Source of the DNA: an uncultured Clostridia bacterium
Lineage (GTDB): Bacteria; Bacillota; Clostridia; Christensenellales; UBA1242
NCBI GenBank assembly: GCA_944377825.1
Contig: CALWGA010000010.1
Location: forward strand, 1-55,926
Direction: 5' to 3'
DNA: 55,926 nt
Shown here: positions 39,245 to 49,498 of the stretch, in pieces
Layout: every line of letters begins with the position of its first letter
Position numbering within the stretch: the stretch's first letter is position 1
Position numbers and translations under genes: made by a program
The notes under the pieces: generated by a model
Told to the model about the DNA's origin: nothing
Databases searched by the model: none
The model's input: only the letters and a program-made list of their open reading frames with translations

Positions 39245-39321
39245 TGGTTGCGAGGGTTGGATTTGAACCAACGACCTTCGGGTTATGAGCCCGACGAGCT
39301 TCCGAACTGCTCTACCTCGCG
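39245..39321 (-). tRNA. initiator tRNA-fMet (anticodon CAU), encoded CCA
   Basis: On the minus strand: CGCGAGG...CCTCGCA-A-CCA with a C1-A72 mismatch. The anticodon stem TCGGG/CCCGA carries three consecutive G-C pairs, the loop is CTCATAA, and the T-arm is GTTGG-TTCAAAT-CCAAC. Confidence 0.93.
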
Positions 39322-39334
39322 TCAAAACATTACT

Positions 39335-39363
39335 ATTATAGTCCATTATATGCCACTTGTCAA
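39335..39363 (-). promoter_or_regulatory. consensus sigma-70 promoter for tRNA-fMet
   Basis: On the minus strand: TTGACA (39363-39358), 17 nt, TATAAT (39340-39335), 13 nt before the tRNA 5' end. Confidence 0.7.
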
Positions 39364-39402
39364 GAGATATTGCAAAAAAAATGTTGTTTTTCAACTTTTG
39401 TA

Positions 39403-39431
39403 TTGCAAATTATAATTATTAGTGTTAAAAT
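39403..39431 (+). promoter_or_regulatory. promoter for the 407-aa orphan gene
   Basis: TTGCAA (39403-39408), 17 nt, TAAAAT (39426-39431). A leader with an AGGAGA Shine-Dalgarno follows. Confidence 0.5.
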
Positions 39432-39449
39432 GATTGTAGGAGAAAAATT

Positions 39450-40673
39450 ATGAAAGTGCCTAAACTTGAAATAACTTTTAAATCTGTTGAAGGATGGGAT
39501 TATTCTGGTGGAAGAAGTATGAATATTTGGGGACAAGTCCCTACAAAATATTTACCACTTGAAGAAATAAACGAAGCGATAGAAAAAGGCAAAAAATCTT
39601 GCATTTGGACTTGTTACGACAACAAGATTTATGGCAACACAGATGAAAACGGAAAAATTCTACCTATAACTGAGCAAGATTTGCCTAAAACAATTTCTGC
39701 AACATTTAAGCCGTGCTACGCAAAATATTCAGCGATTGCCGAAAACTTGGGCATGCGCATCGCCATGGCGCTTGATTTGCCAACTTCTTACAATTATATT
39801 GTGGAGTTCAATCCAAAAAATCCAAAATACAAAGACATTGTTCGTCACTTAAATGATAGAGATTTGAAAAAACTGCAAAAATATGGCATTGTCTCCATCG
39901 ATTTTTTAAAGCCTGCAACTTTGGAAAACGAAAGTTTGTCGCAAGCATATTCTGGCGATAGGCTTGTTTCTTTTGAAGAGAGTATTCAAATGGCACATCT
40001 TAGATTTTCAAGCGATCCAAGCAAACCACTCCTTGTTAAAACATGGATTGAGAGCCTTAGAGATTTTGTTGTTTCTAAAATGGACTTTGCACTTCAATAT
40101 ATGTCAAAGGAAAAATTTGTTGACCAAATTAAAAAAATTGAAAGTCGAATTGTCCGCTCATATCTTTTGCGCGAGTTTATCGGCGACTGTGATTTCACTG
40201 ACATGAACAGCGGACTATGTTACGACAGCAAAGCGCACACAATTATGTATGCTCCTAACTTTGACTATGGCGAATGTTTTAATTCTCTCATTAAAACTAA
40301 ATTAGATTTTATGCCGCCTGACGAAGAATTGGAAGTGATTGTAAAGTGGGATAAAAATTATATCGAGAAAAAATTAGAAAAAAGTAAAACGCCGATAAAT
40401 GAATTAGCAAAAAGTTATTCCACCGCCACCAGCGAAGAAAATGTCAGATTTATTATGAGCAAATACCCAGAAGACGCTAAAGAATTTTTTGAAAGTTTGA
40501 AACTTGCACTGAAAGAAGGAAGATTGACAAATCTTGTCGATGCCTACACAAAATGCGATGAACCGCTTTTAACTAAGGAAGAAGCGGATATGTTTAAAGA
40601 ATATATCTCAAGCCGTGCCGATTTCTTTGTGAATGCCTTGGAACTTGGGCTTAATGGAAAAGAAAAACAATAA
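39450..40673 (+). CDS. hypothetical protein with a HipA_C-like / kinase-like catalytic motif
   Basis: Monocistronic, with its own promoter, Shine-Dalgarno and terminator. FIGDCDFTDMNSGL...YAPNFDYG resembles the HipA-type GN.D.H.KN ... aP.YD catalytic and Mg-binding loops. Confidence 0.75.
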   Translation: MKVPKLEITFKSVEGWDYSGGRSMNIWGQVPTKYLPLEEINEAIEKGKKSCIWTCYDNKIYGNTDENGKILPITEQDLPKTISATFKPCYAKYSAIAENLGMRIAMALDLPTSYNYIVEFNPKNPKYKDIVRHLNDRDLKKLQKYGIVSIDFLKPATLENESLSQAYSGDRLVSFEESIQMAHLRFSSDPSKPLLVKTWIESLRDFVVSKMDFALQYMSKEKFVDQIKKIESRIVRSYLLREFIGDCDFTDMNSGLCYDSKAHTIMYAPNFDYGECFNSLIKTKLDFMPPDEELEVIVKWDKNYIEKKLEKSKTPINELAKSYSTATSEENVRFIMSKYPEDAKEFFESLKLALKEGRLTNLVDAYTKCDEPLLTKEEADMFKEYISSRADFFVNALELGLNGKEKQ

Positions 40674-40679
40674 CGAATA

Positions 40680-40706
40680 AAAACTTATGTTTAATCATAA
40701 GTTTTT
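40680..40706 (+). terminator. rho-independent terminator
   Basis: AAAACTTATG-TTTAAT-CATAAGTTTT followed by T. Confidence 0.55.
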
Positions 40707-40737
40707 TCTTTAAATTTTCTCATATTCTTTACATTTT

Positions 40738-42792
<2,055 letters not shown>

Positions 42793-42822
42793 TTATATTT
42801 ATTCAAAAATTTAGGAGAGAAA

Positions 42823-43134
42823 ATGATTAAAATCAAAAGGAAAAGCCCTTATCAAATTTTTTTAGATACCTATGGCGAAGAAGCACAACTTGATATGGCA
42901 ATCGAAGAGATGAGCGAACTAATTAAGGCTATATGTAAGTATAAAAGATTTTATAAGACTGCCAATGCAAGCGAAAAAGAAAAGCTAGTTAATGATATAA
43001 TCGAAGAAACGGCAGATGTCACTCTCAATATTGAAAAACTTGCATATATTTTCGGCACGCAAAAGGTGGAAGAGATGAAGGAGTTTAAGTTAACTAGAGG
43101 ACTTGAACAAGCAAAATCGGCAAAAAAGGAGTAA
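42823..43134 (+). CDS. small MazG-like all-alpha NTP pyrophosphohydrolase-family protein
   Basis: 103 aa with an EExxE ... ExxD metal-ligand pattern (AIEEMSELIKA ... IIEETADV ... KLTR). An AGGAGAG Shine-Dalgarno is present. Confidence 0.6.
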   Translation: MIKIKRKSPYQIFLDTYGEEAQLDMAIEEMSELIKAICKYKRFYKTANASEKEKLVNDIIEETADVTLNIEKLAYIFGTQKVEEMKEFKLTRGLEQAKSAKKE

Positions 43135-43137
43135 GAT

Positions 43138-43677
43138 ATGAAAACTTCCTACTATGCAAACTTAAAAAACATTGACAAGGCAAAGTTTACACCTATCGCT
43201 ATCTCTGGTGACTGCGGAAAACTTGTTGGCTTTGAAGGAGTGGCTTTAAGGGAACTCTCGCCCTACCCTTTCTTTAAAAAGTGGAAAACGATTGATGATA
43301 AGATTGATGATATGTATGACGCCGGCGAAATTTCTTTAAACGAATATTGTGACTATAAAAATCTTAATCAAAACTCATATATAAAACAATTTTACCAAAA
43401 AGTTTTGAAAAAATTAGACCCGCACGAGGTTTATTCAAAATTAGGAGATGACGCCGTTCTACTTTGCTTTGAAAAACCAACCGATTTTTGTCACAGATTT
43501 TTGGTGGCGGGCTGGCTGGAATATAACCTTAACATTGAAGTCAATGAGTTAGGTTATGAAAATGACAAACAGGTGCAAGAAAACCGCGCTAAACTAAAAA
43601 GCAAAATTATCAATGAAATTGAAAAAGATAGGATGACTAATAACATTAAAGGAGAAGAGAATGGAAAAGAAAACTAA
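43138..43677 (+). CDS. DUF488-like protein
   Basis: N-terminus MKTSYYANL, an ISG...P region, and the hallmark AVLLCFEKPTDFCHRFLVAGWL (LLC-E....CHR). The AAGGAG Shine-Dalgarno lies inside the preceding stop region. Confidence 0.55.
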   Translation: MKTSYYANLKNIDKAKFTPIAISGDCGKLVGFEGVALRELSPYPFFKKWKTIDDKIDDMYDAGEISLNEYCDYKNLNQNSYIKQFYQKVLKKLDPHEVYSKLGDDAVLLCFEKPTDFCHRFLVAGWLEYNLNIEVNELGYENDKQVQENRAKLKSKIINEIEKDRMTNNIKGEENGKEN

Positions 43678-43972
43678 AAATCCTTACAAAAACTTTATGG
43701 AAACCTTTGGCGATGACTACATTATGAGAATAAGCATTGAAGAGTTAAGCGAACTTATTAAGGCGATTTGCAAGTATAAAAGAAAATGCGAAGATGTTGA
43801 CACTGATGAAAAAGAACTTCGCTATAAAATCTTAGACGGAATTGCCGATGTCGAAATCTGCATTGAAGAACTTGCATATATGTTTGATGGTTTTGACGAA
43901 ATCAACAAAATCAAACAAGAAAAAATCGAAAAAGGTACAGAAAGAGCGTTGAAATATAAGGAGAAAAAATAA
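43661..43972 (+). CDS. second small MazG-like protein (paralog of 42823-43134)
   Basis: 103 aa. It shares the identical string SELIKAICKYKR plus ADV and IE.LAY.F with the first copy. The second metal motif reads DGIAD instead of EETAD. It overlaps the DUF488-like ORF by 17 nt. Confidence 0.55.
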   Translation: MEKKTKNPYKNFMETFGDDYIMRISIEELSELIKAICKYKRKCEDVDTDEKELRYKILDGIADVEICIEELAYMFDGFDEINKIKQEKIEKGTERALKYKEKK

Positions 43973-44388
43973 TGACATTTCAAGAATATATCACAGAAAA
44001 TGCGATTAAGGTGACTAAAAACAAAGGTTTTGTAGAGGTAAACAATATTAATCGCTTTGGAAGAATTGAAAATATTAAATTGAAATATGTTTCAAAACAA
44101 GAATTTGAATACTTATCAGTTTTGTATGACTACTTGACAAAAAATAAAGATGTCAAATTATCGGCAGTTTACAGCGAACTTGCTTCAAACAAAAAACTTA
44201 AAGATTATTTTACATTGGTTAAGCAAAGTTCTATTGAACAAACGCTGGAAAGTATAGATGAATTAAGTTTTCACGGACCTATGTATTTAGCAATTAGAAT
44301 TAATAGTCGCCGAAAATTGGAAGATGCTGTAAATAAAGATGAAAAGCTTAAAAAAAATAGAGTGTTTCTTGAAAAACAAAAAGACTAG
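43972..44388 (+). CDS. hypothetical protein (138 aa, orphan)
   Basis: AAGGAGA Shine-Dalgarno and a TAATG stop/start overlap with the preceding ORF. No motif recognised. Confidence 0.6.
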   Translation: MTFQEYITENAIKVTKNKGFVEVNNINRFGRIENIKLKYVSKQEFEYLSVLYDYLTKNKDVKLSAVYSELASNKKLKDYFTLVKQSSIEQTLESIDELSFHGPMYLAIRINSRRKLEDAVNKDEKLKKNRVFLEKQKD

Positions 44389-44403
44389 AAAAGAGGAAAA
44401 ACA

Positions 44404-46986
44404 ATGAGCAATAAGAAAGAAGAAGAAAAGAAAAGTTTAAAAGAGTTAATGGAAAATGAAAAAGTCGAAAAGGTGGAAGTGATTGGAGAACTTAAAAAGT
44501 CCTTCATATCCTACGCTATGGCGGTCAATGTCAGCCGTGCCATTCCTGATGTTCGCGATGGCTTAAAGCCGGTGCATAGAAGAATACTTTTCAGTATGGG
44601 CGAACTAAATAATTTCTACGACAAGCCTCACAAGAAGAGTGCGAGAATTGTCGGTGAAGTTATGGGTAAATACCACCCTCATGGCGACAGTTCCATATAT
44701 GACGCACTTGTGCGCTTAGCGCAAGACTTTTCCATTCGCTATCCACTTGTTGACGGACACGGAAACTTCGGCTCGGTCGATGGCGATCCACCAGCCGCTC
44801 AGCGTTACACTGAAGCAAGGCTCAGCAAGATTGCCTCCCTTATGCTTGAAGATATCGACAAGGAAACGGTAGATTTTTATCCAAACTTTGATGACACTTT
44901 GATGCAACCGACCGTGCTTCCAGCAAAATTTCCAAATCTTTTAGTCAACGGTGCGGACGGCATTGCGGTCGGCATGGCAACAAACATCCCGCCACACAAC
45001 TTAAGAGAGGTAATAAGTGGTGTGCAAGCGCTTATCGACAACCCAGATATCGACATTGACGAACTCATTAAGATTATCCCTGCCCCTGACTATCCAACTG
45101 GTGGAATAATCATGGGTAGAACCGCCGTTAAGCACGCCTATAAGACAGGACGAGGTGGTATCTTAGTTCGTGGTAGAGCCGAGATTGAGGAAACAAGCTC
45201 TGGCAGGCAAAGAATTGTCATCACGGAACTGCCGTATCAAGTGAACAAAGCGCGCTTTATCACGCAGATTGCTGATATGGTTAAAAACAAGAAACTTGAA
45301 GGCATAAGCGACATCAAGGAAGAAAGTGACCGCGAAGGACTTAGAGTTGTTGTGGACGTCAAAAAGGACGCCAACGCACAAGTCGTTTTGAACTCGCTCT
45401 ATAAACACACCATGCTTCAACAATCAAGTGGAATTATCATGCTTGCGCTTGTCAATGGCGTGCCAAGAGTTTTGAACTTAAAGGAAATGCTCTATTACTA
45501 CCTTGAACATCAAAAAGAGGTCTTAATACGCAAAACTAAGTTCGATCTTAAAAAAGCGAAAGAGCGTGAGCATATCGTTAAAGGCCTAGTGATTGCACTC
45601 GCCTCGATTGACGAAGTTGTTAGAGTTATCAAAGCATCAAAGGATAAGAATGACGCTAAGATTAACCTTGTCAACAACTTTGAACTTGACGAAATTCAAG
45701 CAACCGCCATCCTTGACATGACTTTAAGTAAACTTACCAATCTCGAAGTGGAAAAACTTAAAGAGGAACTAGCCGAACTAGAGCGAAAGATTGAAGATTT
45801 ACAAAATATTCTCGACACTCCTTCACGCGTCCTTCAAATAATCCGCGACAACCTTGAAGAGATTAAAAACACCTATGGCGACGAGAGAAGAACTGAGATA
45901 AGCATGGATATGGGCGGAATTGACATTGAGGACTTGATTGCCGAAGAGGATGTCATCGTCTCCATGACGCACATGGGCTACATCAAGCGCATGGCAATGG
46001 ACGAATACAAGGCTCAACATCGTGGAGGAGTTGGTATAACCGCGCATAAGACAAAGGATGAGGACTTTGTGGAGAAGATATTTGTCACCTCCACTCATGA
46101 TGACCTCTATTTCTTCACAAACTTAGGCAAAGTTTACTCGCTTAAAGCGTATGAAATTCCAGAGGCTCAACGTCAAGCAAAAGGAAGAGCGATGATTAAC
46201 CTTTTGCAACTTTCACTTGGCGAAAAAGTGGCAACAATCATACCTGTTAAAAAGGATGCGAAAGGCAACCTTATAATGGCAACAAAGAACGGGCTTATTA
46301 AGAAAACACCGCTTTCTGAATACGACAACATCCGCAAAGGCGGAAAGATTGCGATAAAACTACTCGACGGCGACGAACTTATCGGTGTGGACGTCACAAC
46401 TGGTCGCGATGACATTCTAATCGCCTCCCGCGAAGGAAAGTGTATCCGTTTCAACGAAACCGATGTGCGTCAAGTTGGCAGAGACAGTCAAGGCGTTAGA
46501 AGCATGAAACTTGGCGCTGACGACTGCGTTATCGACATGGCTATTGTTCACGAAGGAAAGAAGATTGTCACAATCTCCGAAAATGGCTATGGCAAACAGA
46601 CGGAGACTGACGAGTTTAGACTTCAACAACGTGGCGGTATGGGCGTGAAGGCTGGTGTGTTCAACGAAAAGACTGGCAAACTTGTGGCTTTAAAAGAGGT
46701 TGAAGAGGACTGCGACCTTGTTATGATTGCCGACAATGGCGTGATAATAAGAACGCACGTGTCCGACATCAGCACAATCTCGCGTGTCAGCCAAGGCGTG
46801 AAAGTCATGAAACTTCGAAACGGCTCACATATCGTCAGCGTGGCAGTCACCAAGCGTGATGAAGATGAAGAAAACGCTGAAAACGAAGAAAATATCGAAG
46901 GCGAAAAAGCAGATGAAATAGGAGAGCAACCTGAAATAGAAACCGCTGAAAGCGAAGAAGTCACAATAGACAACGAAGAAGAATAA
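44404..46986 (+). CDS. gyrA: DNA gyrase subunit A
   Basis: [25 protein letters not shown], the catalytic Tyr context [10 protein letters not shown], a GyrA-box-like QHRGGVG in the first CTD blade (gyrase rather than topo IV), and an acidic C-terminal tail. Confidence 0.97.
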   Translation: MSNKKEEEKKSLKELMENEKVEKVEVIGELKKSFISYAMAVNVSRAIPDVRDGLKPVHRRILFSMGELNNFYDKPHKKSARIVGEVMGKYHPHGDSSIYDALVRLAQDFSIRYPLVDGHGNFGSVDGDPPAAQRYTEARLSKIASLMLEDIDKETVDFYPNFDDTLMQPTVLPAKFPNLLVNGADGIAVGMATNIPPHNLREVISGVQALIDNPDIDIDELIKIIPAPDYPTGGIIMGRTAVKHAYKTGRGGILVRGRAEIEETSSGRQRIVITELPYQVNKARFITQIADMVKNKKLEGISDIKEESDREGLRVVVDVKKDANAQVVLNSLYKHTMLQQSSGIIMLALVNGVPRVLNLKEMLYYYLEHQKEVLIRKTKFDLKKAKEREHIVKGLVIALASIDEVVRVIKASKDKNDAKINLVNNFELDEIQATAILDMTLSKLTNLEVEKLKEELAELERKIEDLQNILDTPSRVLQIIRDNLEEIKNTYGDERRTEISMDMGGIDIEDLIAEEDVIVSMTHMGYIKRMAMDEYKAQHRGGVGITAHKTKDEDFVEKIFVTSTHDDLYFFTNLGKVYSLKAYEIPEAQRQAKGRAMINLLQLSLGEKVATIIPVKKDAKGNLIMATKNGLIKKTPLSEYDNIRKGGKIAIKLLDGDELIGVDVTTGRDDILIASREGKCIRFNETDVRQVGRDSQGVRSMKLGADDCVIDMAIVHEGKKIVTISENGYGKQTETDEFRLQQRGGMGVKAGVFNEKTGKLVALKEVEEDCDLVMIADNGVIIRTHVSDISTISRVSQGVKVMKLRNGSHIVSVAVTKRDEDEENAENEENIEGEKADEIGEQPEIETAESEEVTIDNEEE

Positions 46987-46993
46987 AAGATAT

Positions 46994-47022
46994 GAAGTAA
47001 GGCAAACCTTACTTCTTTTTTT
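46994..47022 (+). terminator. rho-independent terminator of the gyrase operon
   Basis: GAAGTAAGG-CAAA-CCTTACTTC followed by TTTTTTT. Confidence 0.7.
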
Positions 47023-47146
47023 ATATTAAAATAAAATAGTGTAATTTTTTTGCTAATTTTCATATTTTTATTGATTTTTCTTTATTTTTTCATATGTTTT
47101 ATGCTATAATTTATGCGAAAAAAATTTTTACTGTTTTGGAGAGGAT

Positions 47147-49162
47147 ATGAACATTAAAATTTTGGAAAAAGAAAAGAAATATTTAAGTGCTGTTCAGAAG
47201 AATATCGATGAAAACTATGAGAAGTGTCAAATAACATATACTGACAATCTAAAGCAAATTCAAAACTATAAAAAATATTTCGCGGAAAATTTCTATGAGA
47301 TAAACAAAGACGGCGGAGAAATTGCAGAAATCAATGTTCAAATTGAAAGTTTAGAGCAGAACAACCTCGCTTTAACTAAACTTGCTAATCGCCTAAAAAA
47401 GCAAAAGAAAGCGCCATTCTTTGGCAAATTTGAGTTTAAGGCGGATGGCGAAAGTGAGGCAAAAAGTTACTACATCGGCATCGGTCACCTTCAAAACAGC
47501 GAGCATGTGAATATGGTCTATGACTGGCGTGCCGACATATCTTCGCTCTACTATGACGATATTTTAGGACGCACCTCTTACACCTGCCCTGAAGGCGAAA
47601 TACATGGCGAACTTTCACTTAAAAGACAGTTTAAAATTGAGCAAGGCGTGATGAAATACTATATCGACTCTAACCTTGTTATTGACGACAACATCTTAAT
47701 GGAGGAACTATCCAAAAACTCCTCCGCCAAGATGCATGACATCGTTTCCACTATACAAAAAGAGCAAAATACACTGATAAGAGAGAACGAACTTAAGAAC
47801 GTCATCGTGCAAGGGGTGGCAGGCTCTGGAAAGACCTCCGTTGCCATGCACCGCGTGAGTTACCTACTATATAAATATCGCAAGACGCTTAAGAATGAGG
47901 ATATCTTAATTCTCTCGCCTAGCGAACTTTTTGCCGATTACATCGATGAGGTTTTGCCATCACTTGGCGACGATAAACCTTTCACCACAACCTTTTCCAC
48001 CATGGCAAGAAAACTGCTCGGGCAGGACTTTATCTCGCGCGAACAACAACTTGATAAACTGATAACTTCGGGCTCGCAAAAGGACTTTGAAAACATCGCC
48101 ATAAAGTATAGTTTTGAATTTTTGGAGGACTTTAAAAACTTTTTAAACAACGATATTTGCAACCTTTTCATTCCTAAAACCATGGTTTTTGGCAAACTTG
48201 TGATTGCGGAAGAGGAAATTAGAGACATCTACTACAACAAACTTAAAAATTTACCTATCTACAAGCGAATTGAGGCGATTGCCGAACACATCGTCGACCT
48301 TTTCAATGTGCCTCGCGCAAAAAATATCGACTTCTATAACCGCGCAAAGAAACTCTTATACAACAAAATGATAACCACCGACTGCGTGAGAATATACAAC
48401 ATCTTTCTTCGCTCGGTGGAACTTGACGAAGTGCAAGAGATTAGCGCCTACGATATCGCACCGATACTCTTAATCAAAGAAAATTTATTCGGCTTTGACC
48501 ACAACTATGACGCAAAATATGTGGTTGTCGATGAGATGCAAGACTATTCGCCGTGCCACTTCTATCTCTTTGAAAAGATTTGGCACTGCCCTAAGATGTA
48601 TCTCGGCGATATCAATCAAAGCATCGACAAAAATCTATCCAAAGACTATTTAAGCCTGCTCGCGAAAGAAATCAAGGCAAAAATCTACTATTTGAATAAA
48701 TCATATCGAAGCACCATGCAAATCGCCAAATTCTCACAAAAGATACTCGGCAAAAAAGTGGCAAACAATGTCAATAGAAATGGCGATGAGGTTGAATTCT
48801 ATAGAACAAAAAACACCGTTCAAAAGATTGAAGAGATTGTCAAATTTCATAGAGACCAGACCGTCTGCGTGGTATGTAAGGATATGAAAGAGATAAAATC
48901 TCTACAAAAGGCCAGCAAATTTATTAACACCTTTGAGGTTTTGGACGAAGAGAAAGAGATGACCGAAAGCAAAACCCTTCTAAGCACCATCATAAATTCG
49001 AAAGGCGTGGAATTTGACGTGGTCATCATTCCATTTGCTAACGATGAAAATTATCATGACGAACTCGACCGCAACCTTCTCTATGTCGCCTCCACACGTG
49101 CGCTTCACAACCTATACTTCATAGCGGATAAAAAACCAAGTCGATTTTTAACAAAGAAATAG
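47147..49162 (+). CDS. helD: HelD-type (helicase IV-like) UvrD/Rep-family SF1 helicase
   Basis: The N-terminal FGKFEF...YYIGIGHL...VYDWRADISSLYY is typical of HelD. Also Walker A GVAGSGKTS, VVDEMQDYSP, YRST, KGVEFDVVII and YVASTRA. Confidence 0.8.
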   Translation: MNIKILEKEKKYLSAVQKNIDENYEKCQITYTDNLKQIQNYKKYFAENFYEINKDGGEIAEINVQIESLEQNNLALTKLANRLKKQKKAPFFGKFEFKADGESEAKSYYIGIGHLQNSEHVNMVYDWRADISSLYYDDILGRTSYTCPEGEIHGELSLKRQFKIEQGVMKYYIDSNLVIDDNILMEELSKNSSAKMHDIVSTIQKEQNTLIRENELKNVIVQGVAGSGKTSVAMHRVSYLLYKYRKTLKNEDILILSPSELFADYIDEVLPSLGDDKPFTTTFSTMARKLLGQDFISREQQLDKLITSGSQKDFENIAIKYSFEFLEDFKNFLNNDICNLFIPKTMVFGKLVIAEEEIRDIYYNKLKNLPIYKRIEAIAEHIVDLFNVPRAKNIDFYNRAKKLLYNKMITTDCVRIYNIFLRSVELDEVQEISAYDIAPILLIKENLFGFDHNYDAKYVVVDEMQDYSPCHFYLFEKIWHCPKMYLGDINQSIDKNLSKDYLSLLAKEIKAKIYYLNKSYRSTMQIAKFSQKILGKKVANNVNRNGDEVEFYRTKNTVQKIEEIVKFHRDQTVCVVCKDMKEIKSLQKASKFINTFEVLDEEKEMTESKTLLSTIINSKGVEFDVVIIPFANDENYHDELDRNLLYVASTRALHNLYFIADKKPSRFLTKK

Positions 49163-49396
49163 TTAAATATTAGAAACAATCAACTACAATTAGTGTAAAG
49201 AAAAAATTGTTTTTAATTATATGATTATCTTTTCATAACGAATTTTTATTCATGCAATTTTGCTATTTAAAATATTATAAATTATAAAACTTTTATTTTA
49301 TGCATAGTTTATTATCTTTATGCAAAAAGGTAGTTGAATAATTTTTGATATAAAACGCTTAAAAGCGCGAAAAATGTATAAAAACTTAAAAAACAA

Positions 49397-49498
49397 TGTG
49401 GAAATGTGGATAACTTATGTGGATTTCTCCACTTTTATCCACTTTTTTATGCAATGTATAAAGATAAACAGATGTGTATAAAAATTTATTGTGGATAA
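49397..49498. promoter_or_regulatory. cluster of DnaA boxes
   Basis: TGTGGATAA is perfect at 49405-49413 and 49490-49498. TTATCCACt (8/9, opposite orientation) is at 49435-49443 and TGTGtATAA (8/9) at 49473-49481. 7/9 boxes lie at 49397-49405 and 49418-49426. Confidence 0.65.

Larger units (their letters stand above)
38981..39298. repeat. tandem duplication (period about 186 bp) of the tRNA-fMet 3' half plus its downstream flank
   Basis: Unit 1 starts at 38981 (AACTTTTTTTGTTCCGATATATCCCGAAGGTC...) and unit 2 at 39167 (AACTCTTTTTGTTTCGATATATCCCGAAGGTC...). They are colinear through a terminator hairpin into TGGTT[A/G]CGAGGG...GAACCAACGACC. Confidence 0.7.
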
